A stretch of 64,000 bases of DNA from Vulcanimicrobiota bacterium (GTDB taxonomy: Bacteria; Vulcanimicrobiota; Vulcanimicrobiia; Vulcanimicrobiales; Vulcanimicrobiaceae): the NCBI GenBank assembly GCA_963733295.1, contig CAVTCS010000005.1, forward strand, positions 1 through 64,000, given 5' to 3'. The position numbers were made by a program, and so were the translations under genes. The notes beneath the pieces were generated by a model, which ran no database searches, was not told the origin of the DNA, and saw only the letters and a program-made list of their open reading frames with translations. Below are positions 58,006 to 64,000 of the stretch, piece by piece. Every line of letters starts with the position of its first letter. Position 1 is the stretch's first letter.

Positions 58006-59085
58006 GTGAAAAGACCGCAGCGACGCTCGGCCGCCCTGGCCGTCCTGCTCGCCGTTCTCGCTTTTTCGCTCGCGGCCGCGCCCGCGGCCGACACGACTCC
58101 CAAGTTTGACGCGATCCCAGGGTTCGAGGGTAATACCGGCTGGCTCAACGGTCCGCCCCTTACCCCCAGCGAGCTGCGCGGCAAGGTCGTGCTCGTCGAC
58201 TTTTGGGAGTACACCTGCATCAACTGCTTGCGCACGTTGCCCTATTTGCGAACGTGGTACGAGCGCTACAAGAACGACGGCTTCGTGATCGTCGGCGTTC
58301 ACACGAACGAGTTCGAGTTTTCCGGCGAGTCCCCGAACGTCGCCGCCGCAGTCAAGCAGCTCAACGTTACCTGGCCCGTCGTGATCGATTCCAAGAACGC
58401 GGTTTGGGACCGCTTTAAAGTCGACGAATGGCCCACCGAATATTTGTTCGACCAAAGCGGACATCTCGTCGATACCGTGACCGGTGAAGGCTGGTACCCG
58501 CAGACCGAAGCGAAAATTCAAGCCCTCTTGAAGGCTTCGAATCCGCAGCTGACGTTCCAGCCGGTCATGCAGCTGCTCCCGCAGGACAGCTACTTGAAGC
58601 CGGGCGCGGTCTGTTACTTGCACACGCCGGAGGTGCTGATCGGGCACATCAAGGTTGCGAATTTCACGCACTTCGACGACTCTTTGCGCAACGCGAGCTT
58701 CACCGATCTGACCACGACGCATAACGACGGCGACATCTACTTGCAAGGCGAGTGGCGTATCGCACCGGAATCGGTGGTTTCGGACGCGTCGCGCGACTAC
58801 GTGGCCATGCGCTACCACGCGATCCAAGTCGTCAGCGTCCTCTCCCCGCCGGGCGGGAAGAGCGTTCGGGTCGACGTAACGCAAGACGGCCAGCCAGTCC
58901 CCAAAGACGACGCGGGCAGCGACATTCACTACGATACGAACGGCACGTCCTACATAACCGTGGACGCGTCGCGCGCGTACGACCTCGTGATGAATGCGAA
59001 GTTCGGTCAGCACGACTTGCGCTTGACGGCCGAGAGCCCCGGGATCAGCGTCTACAGTTTCGCCTTCGAAGCGTGCGAGAAGTAA
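58006..59085 (+). CDS. DipZ-like redoxin (thioredoxin + C-terminal beta domain)
   Basis: WLNGPPL, VDFWEYTCINCLRTLP, GVHTNEF, YSFAF. Confidence 0.9.
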   Translation: MKRPQRRSAALAVLLAVLAFSLAAAPAADTTPKFDAIPGFEGNTGWLNGPPLTPSELRGKVVLVDFWEYTCINCLRTLPYLRTWYERYKNDGFVIVGVHTNEFEFSGESPNVAAAVKQLNVTWPVVIDSKNAVWDRFKVDEWPTEYLFDQSGHLVDTVTGEGWYPQTEAKIQALLKASNPQLTFQPVMQLLPQDSYLKPGAVCYLHTPEVLIGHIKVANFTHFDDSLRNASFTDLTTTHNDGDIYLQGEWRIAPESVVSDASRDYVAMRYHAIQVVSVLSPPGGKSVRVDVTQDGQPVPKDDAGSDIHYDTNGTSYITVDASRAYDLVMNAKFGQHDLRLTAESPGISVYSFAFEACEK

Positions 59086-59630
59086 GCGCCAAGGTCGCAC
59101 GCCGCGCGGAGCCGGATCTGCCGGCTTGCATCGCATGCCTCCTGGCCGTTCACGAGGCGGACGGCTACCCGTCGGTTTGGCCCGACGACGTGCCGAGCTT
59201 CCTGACGCCGGGCGGATTCCTGTGCGGATGGATTGCCCTGCGCGACGCCTCCGTCGTCGGACACGTCGCACTCTGCGCCGTCGATGAGGAGGCGGATGCG
59301 CGCTTCGTCGCCTCGAGCCGGCCCCGGCACATGCCGCTCGGTGAGATCAAGCGCCTCTTCGTGCATCCGGCGGCGCGAGGAACCGGGATCGCCGAGCTGC
59401 TGCTCGAGGCCGCAGTGCGCGAGGCGAGAGCTCGCGCGCTGCATCCGGTCTTGGACACCGTGGTGCGGATGCAAGCGGCGATGCGATGCTACGAGCGAAA
59501 CGGTTGGCGTCGCATCGCAAGCAGCGTCGCTACTTGGCAGACTGCCTCCGGCGAGCGTCCGCTCTTACACGAGTACGAGCTGCCTGAAGCGACTCTCGGT
59601 TCAGCCCCGTTCGAACGCGATGCCCTCTGA
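59082..59630 (+). CDS. GNAT acetyltransferase (start codon unclear)
   Basis: VH.ADGYP..WP, EIKRLFVHPAARGTGIA, A...YERNGW. Confidence 0.75.
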   Translation, partial: VSAKVARRAEPDLPACIACLLAVHEADGYPSVWPDDVPSFLTPGGFLCGWIALRDASVVGHVALCAVDEEADARFVASSRPRHMPLGEIKRLFVHPAARGTGIAELLLEAAVREARARALHPVLDTVVRMQAAMRCYERNGWRRIASSVATWQTASGERPLLHEYELPEATLGSAPFERDAL

Positions 59631-60128
59631 CGTGCCGGGCGTCGAGTCCGAACCGGAGAGAAAATGCCGCGCTACGAGCGCAATGGGCAGGCCGACGCAG
59701 AAGATGTGAATCAGCACGCCTGCAATCAGAAGCTTGAGTGAAAACGGCTGCTTCGGTGTGGCGGAGAGCTGCACGACGACCCGGTTCATGAAGAAGTACA
59801 CCCAAACACCGTAGAGCGCACCGCAAAGTTCGGCGCGACGAATCAAGACGGGCAGCCAACGGCTCGCGATGACGTAGGCGGTTGCCGCACCGGTTGCGAT
59901 GACGTACTCGAAAAACAGACCGAGCGCGGCGGTCGCAAGGCCGCCCTCGAACGAGCGTAGTCCGAGCGCACCGCTCGCGATGAACTGGAGCAAAACGAGC
60001 GGCTTGACTCCCATCAAGCCGTACACGATGAGCGCCGCCGTAATATCGATCGAGCCGCACGCGATCCCGCCCCAGAGCACCGCTTTCAACAAGAGCTTTG
60101 GGTCGCGGGTTCGCAAGCTGACGGACAT
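59601..60128 (-). CDS. Four-TM hypothetical membrane protein
   Basis: GGIACGSIDI, QFIASG, GALYG, HIFCVGLPIAL. Confidence 0.7.
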   Translation of the reverse strand: MSVSLRTRDPKLLLKAVLWGGIACGSIDITAALIVYGLMGVKPLVLLQFIASGALGLRSFEGGLATAALGLFFEYVIATGAATAYVIASRWLPVLIRRAELCGALYGVWVYFFMNRVVVQLSATPKQPFSLKLLIAGVLIHIFCVGLPIALVARHFLSGSDSTPGTSEGIAFERG

Positions 60129-60505
60129 AGCGTTCGCGTACCTCGCGATCGAGTTGCTCCAGATCACGCTCGCGATTACGGCGGTCGGAGCAAAACCTGA
60201 CGTACGGCGCGTGCTTCGCACGCACGAAACCGAACCCTGCGGCGGGTTATCTTGGCTATTCCCTGATTTTGCGCGTTCGAATCGCAGCCGGCGATCGCGA
60301 GAGGCACGCCGGAGCGCCGGCGCGGCGCCTCGCCACTCGGGGCGACAATGTGATCTGGCATCCTTGGTGCGCCTTGAGTCGACGCCTCCGTCGAGGCGAG
60401 CACGAGAGCGTGATGATTTTTTACGTTGCCGCTACGCTCGCTCTGAAGATTTTTGAGAGTGCATCTCGATATGATGGCTTCATCTCGTGGAGACCTAAGC
60501 CGATC

Positions 60506-60946
60506 ATGACGAATTCCCCGCCGCCACTTCCTCGGACCGCCGACATCGCTAGCCTCGCACCCGCTCTGGACGCCTCTCGGCAAGGGGGACGCGAGGCCTC
60601 GGTCGTCATGCTGCGACCTCGGTCGCCGGACACGGCGGCAATCCAAGTTGGCGACATCCGGCTCGACCAAGAGACGCACCTGCTTCAGTGCGGCGGCCGT
60701 GAGTGGTTGCTCCGCGCGAAGTCGGTTGCCGTGATGGCGGTTCTGATGCGCAACGCGGGACGCGTCATTACGCGCGAGTCGCTGATCGCGCAAGTCTGGG
60801 GCCAGGGCGGCACCGACCACGACGCGACGCTGCGCGTGTACGTCCACCAGTTGCGGCAAATCGTCGATGCCGGCGAGCAGCGCCGGCGGCACATCGTCAC
60901 GATCCGGTCGTCGGGAAGCGGCGGAGGCTACCTCTTCAGGCCCTAA
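60506..60946 (+). CDS. Stand-alone OmpR-type winged-helix (Trans_reg_C) protein
   Basis: GDIRLD, LMRNAGRVITRESLIAQVWG, TLRVYVHQLR, IVTIR..GY; no receiver domain; start uncertain. Confidence 0.75.
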   Translation: MTNSPPPLPRTADIASLAPALDASRQGGREASVVMLRPRSPDTAAIQVGDIRLDQETHLLQCGGREWLLRAKSVAVMAVLMRNAGRVITRESLIAQVWGQGGTDHDATLRVYVHQLRQIVDAGEQRRRHIVTIRSSGSGGGYLFRP

Positions 60947-61141
60947 CCGCTCGTAGCGTCGTAGCGCCGCGATCGAAGCGACGGACCGCCGTTTGGGTGA
61001 TGCCGGCGCTGCCTGGCGCTGTCGAAGAGTAGGGTTTCCCCGGATGCTGCGAACGGCCCAAGGCCGCTAGCATCTCCTCATACTGGCCGTACAAGCGGCC
61101 CGGCTATCGCATTTTGCGCTGGTCTGCGGAGGAGATCTTCA

Positions 61142-62206
61142 ATGGTTCGTTTTGTTCGAGAGCAGTTGGGCCGCCTCGCACCTTGCTTCGTCGCATCGGC
61201 TCTTATCGCACTCGCGTCGTGCAGCAGCAACTCGACACCCACGGGGCAGCCCGCGTCGTCTGTCAGCCGGGCGCTGCCTGCGGCGGGTTCGGAACTCATT
61301 TTCCCGCCGTTCGCCGGGTTCAGCGGCAACCTCATCGTTCCGACGAACGATGCGGCGGCGAGCACGAACGTCAAGCTTGCAAGTTACAACCTGCAGCCGT
61401 CCCGGGCACCTTTCCCACAGAGTGCCACGCGAGAGATCGGCGCCGAGCTTCATCGAGCCGCAACGACGCCCGGCGGAGGCACGGTGATCTTCTGGGAGTC
61501 ACTTTCCTTCACGCAAGCCGTGAATTTCGACACGTATCCCATGACTTCGTTCACCTTGCCGGGCAGCATGTCACCCAGCACGACGGGTTTCTCACTCGAA
61601 ATGCTCGACGGCAACAGCGGGGCACTTTTGAACGAGTGGACCGGACCTACGATCGTGGGCCAAACCCTGACCTTCGCGGCGAGCAGCGGACCAGGTTTGC
61701 AAGCAGTAACCGGTGACACGTACTGGCTCGAGCTCATCTCAACACCGTTTGTAGGGCCGACTGCGACACCGTCGGGACCAACCCCGACACCCTCGGGACC
61801 AACCCCGACACCCTCTCCATCGGTAGCTCCCACCGCCACGCCGACGCCGTCGCCGTCGCCGTCGGGTCCAACGCCGACGCCGAGCCCGACTCCGGCATCG
61901 CCGATCGTTCTCAGCCCCACGGCCGGTGTGGTAGGGAACAACAGCGGCTGCTCGGGCGCACCTGCGTCCTACACGTTCACGGCAACCGAAGCCGGCTACT
62001 CCGGAGTGCTTACGGCGACGGCGCCATCGTTTGCGCCACACCCGCAGCAGTTCACGGTATCGCCCGCTTCGGTTTCAAGCGGCGGCACGTTCACCGTCAC
62101 CGATTCGAATCCAACGGAGGCCCTGGGCATCTGGAACGTCACCGTCACGGATACCCTTGGAAACTCTGCCATCGAATCGGTCACTTCGGCCGTCTGTTTG
62201 CCCTGA
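61142..62206 (+). CDS. Pro/Thr-rich secreted lipoprotein
   Basis: LASC lipobox; (PSGPTPT)n linker between two beta domains; GGAG RBS. Confidence 0.75.
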   Translation: MVRFVREQLGRLAPCFVASALIALASCSSNSTPTGQPASSVSRALPAAGSELIFPPFAGFSGNLIVPTNDAAASTNVKLASYNLQPSRAPFPQSATREIGAELHRAATTPGGGTVIFWESLSFTQAVNFDTYPMTSFTLPGSMSPSTTGFSLEMLDGNSGALLNEWTGPTIVGQTLTFAASSGPGLQAVTGDTYWLELISTPFVGPTATPSGPTPTPSGPTPTPSPSVAPTATPTPSPSPSGPTPTPSPTPASPIVLSPTAGVVGNNSGCSGAPASYTFTATEAGYSGVLTATAPSFAPHPQQFTVSPASVSSGGTFTVTDSNPTEALGIWNVTVTDTLGNSAIESVTSAVCLP

Positions 62207-62220
62207 CGATCCGTTAGCGA

Positions 62221-62259
62221 GGAAGGGGAGCGGGCCGGGCTCGACCGCTCTCCCTTTCC
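62221..62259. terminator. GC-rich hairpin after the lipoprotein gene
   Basis: GGAAGGGGAGCGG...CCGCTCTCCCTTTCC inverted repeat; no clear U tract. Confidence 0.45.
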
Positions 62260-62385
62260 CGGCAACGCTCCGCTAGCGCGAAAGTCTTCGCTTGGGTAGG
62301 GGTTCAACCCAAACACAGGCTCCCACGTCGCTAGTACCGTCGACTTGGGACGGAAACTTCGGTGCTGAGGGGAAGAGTCGCGGGA

Positions 62386-64000
62386 ATGATCGCGCGACCT
62401 CTCAGCTGCCGCTTCTTCATCGGTAGACGCTTGGAGTTCGAGGTGCTCGATCTGGCTAGGCGCGAGCTTGCGAAGGGCCGGGGCGCGGTCGTCCTTGTTG
62501 CGGGCGACGCCGGCATCGGCAAGAGCCGGCTCGTGGCCGAGTTCGTCCGCAAGCTGCGCAGCGGCAGGCTACGAAACATCGCGAGCACCGAGTGTCTCGA
62601 GCGGGCGCCGCAAGCACTCGGTCCGATCAGAGCGGCTGCTGCCTCGCTCAAGCGCACGCTACGGGCCAAGGAACTCCCCGACGACGTCGCGCGCGCGCTC
62701 GAGCAACTCGGACTCGGCGGTCGCGGCACGCAGCCAGCTGCCGAGCCGGCGCTCGACAAGGCGGAACTGTTCGCGGCGCTGGCGAGCTTCTTCAAAACAT
62801 GCGCCGCCGAGCGTGCCACGATCGTCGCAATCGAGGATCTGCAATGGTCCGATCCCTCAACCTTGGACTTCCTCGTCTATCTCGCGCCGCGAATCGTGGG
62901 CTCGCGTCTGCTACTCGTCGCGACCTATCGCTCCGACGACGCCGAAGGCGACGGTCCGCTGCGCGGCGCGCTGGCGCGGCTGGCGCGCGAGCCCACCGTC
63001 CTGCGCCTCGAACTGCAAGCGCTTGCGGGCGGCGAACTTCGCGAGCTGATCGCGGGCGCACTCGACGGGCAACCCAGTCTGCCGGCGAAGACGCTGCGCG
63101 ACGTCGAAGAGCGCTGCGAAGGGAACCCGTTCTTTGCAGAAGAGCTGCTGAAGAATGCCGTCGAGCATCGGGATGCTTCGCAGCCGGCGGGTCTCCCGCT
63201 ATCGATTCGCACGGCGATCGTCGAGCGGCTCGAGGGACTTTCCGATGAAGATCGAGCCGTCGTCGATCGGGCAGCGGTATTGGGTCAGCGCTTCGACCCG
63301 CTCGTCCTCGCGCGAACGCTTGGAAGCGAACTCAACGCGGTTCTGCCCGCTCTCCGGCGTGCCCACAAACTCAACATCCTCGTCGAAGACGACGGGGAGC
63401 GCATCCAGTTCCGCTTCCGTCACGCCCTCATGCGTCAGGCCGTCTACGAAGAGATGCTGCGCATGGATGCACGGCAATTGCATGCCGAGACCTTAGCGAC
63501 GCTCGAGGCGCTCGACGAATCCGAACGCGACCTCGAAGCGCTCGCCTATCACGCGTGGGAGGCACGCGACGGCGCGAAAGCCTTGCGCTACAACGAAGCT
63601 GCCGGAGAAGCTGCGCTCGCCGTTCACGGTTTGGCCGAAGCGCGCGTTTGCTTCGCTCGCGCGCTCGAAGCCGCACAAGAACCGGCCGACCAGGCGCGTC
63701 TTCTCGAACGGATCGGCTTCGTCGCCCAGCTTCAGGGCCTCATCCGCGACGCGCTCGAAAGCTTCGAAGCTGCGTTCGAGATCTATCGTGAGATCGAATC
63801 CTTCGACCACGCCGCCGACGTCGTTCGCGCGATCACCTCGGAGCGCAACAATTTGGGAGACCGGCGCGCGGCGGAACTCGGGGTCGCTTTTCTGGCCGAG
63901 TGCGGGCCGCGCGTCAGCGCCGAACCGCGAAATGCGTTACACGCACTCTTGGCGCGCGTCCTCTGCATCGTCTACGATTTCACGCAAGCGCGCGAGCAGT
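62386..64000 (+). CDS. AAA ATPase (MalT/LAL-type STAND) regulator, runs off the window
   Basis: FIGRRLE, GDAGIGKSRL, IEDLQWSDPST, ATYRSD, EGNPFFAEEL, FRFRHAL; missing from the ORF track because there is no stop codon. Confidence 0.9.
   Translation, partial: MIARPLSCRFFIGRRLEFEVLDLARRELAKGRGAVVLVAGDAGIGKSRLVAEFVRKLRSGRLRNIASTECLERAPQALGPIRAAAASLKRTLRAKELPDDVARALEQLGLGGRGTQPAAEPALDKAELFAALASFFKTCAAERATIVAIEDLQWSDPSTLDFLVYLAPRIVGSRLLLVATYRSDDAEGDGPLRGALARLAREPTVLRLELQALAGGELRELIAGALDGQPSLPAKTLRDVEERCEGNPFFAEELLKNAVEHRDASQPAGLPLSIRTAIVERLEGLSDEDRAVVDRAAVLGQRFDPLVLARTLGSELNAVLPALRRAHKLNILVEDDGERIQFRFRHALMRQAVYEEMLRMDARQLHAETLATLEALDESERDLEALAYHAWEARDGAKALRYNEAAGEAALAVHGLAEARVCFARALEAAQEPADQARLLERIGFVAQLQGLIRDALESFEAAFEIYREIESFDHAADVVRAITSERNNLGDRRAAELGVAFLAECGPRVSAEPRNALHALLARVLCIVYDFTQAREQ

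Noticed and set aside
61760..61900. 21-bp tandem repeats as a non-coding array
   Set aside because: They encode the PSGPTPT linker of the lipoprotein.
61030..62310. TAGGG...CCC motifs (61030, 62297) as LuxR/LAL operator sites
   Set aside because: Only two short, divergent instances in GC-rich DNA; not distinguishable from chance.

Overview
GC-rich bacterial accessory region. The gene repertoire and style suggest a soil bacterium such as Eremiobacterota/Vulcanimicrobiota (an impression, not a database result). The first ~2.5 kb is lower in GC and abuts a tRNA-Glu/tRNA-Ile2(CAT) pair with integration-site hallmarks. Next come a ~485-bp duplicated oxyR 3' half flanking a 3.1-kb toxin-antitoxin/nuclease islet, then oxyR-katG, more TA modules, a phosphoesterase, and a copper (CopC/CopD-cytochrome c) operon headed by a leader gene ending in RPPP. 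The centre (23105-42812) is the main result. It holds a tightly coupled ~16-kb minus-strand operon: secreted protein, patatin, stand-alone SLOG, deoxyribohydrolase-like+TPR (ASK1/TRAF-binding-like), triple TIR-fold protein, 2277-aa membrane-anchored nSTAND1-WD40, toxin-less RHS/YD protein and SLOG-SLATT. Divergent from it is a FecR-TPR plus CHASE2-TM-TIR 'Toll-like' pair. Together these form a candidate nucleotide-signalling immunity/conflict system that I cannot match to a named defence system. The right third holds assorted hydrolases, secreted proteins, a TMEM175 channel and regulators. Several single-base frameshifts suggest assembly indel errors or gene decay. All domain calls come from motif recognition by eye.
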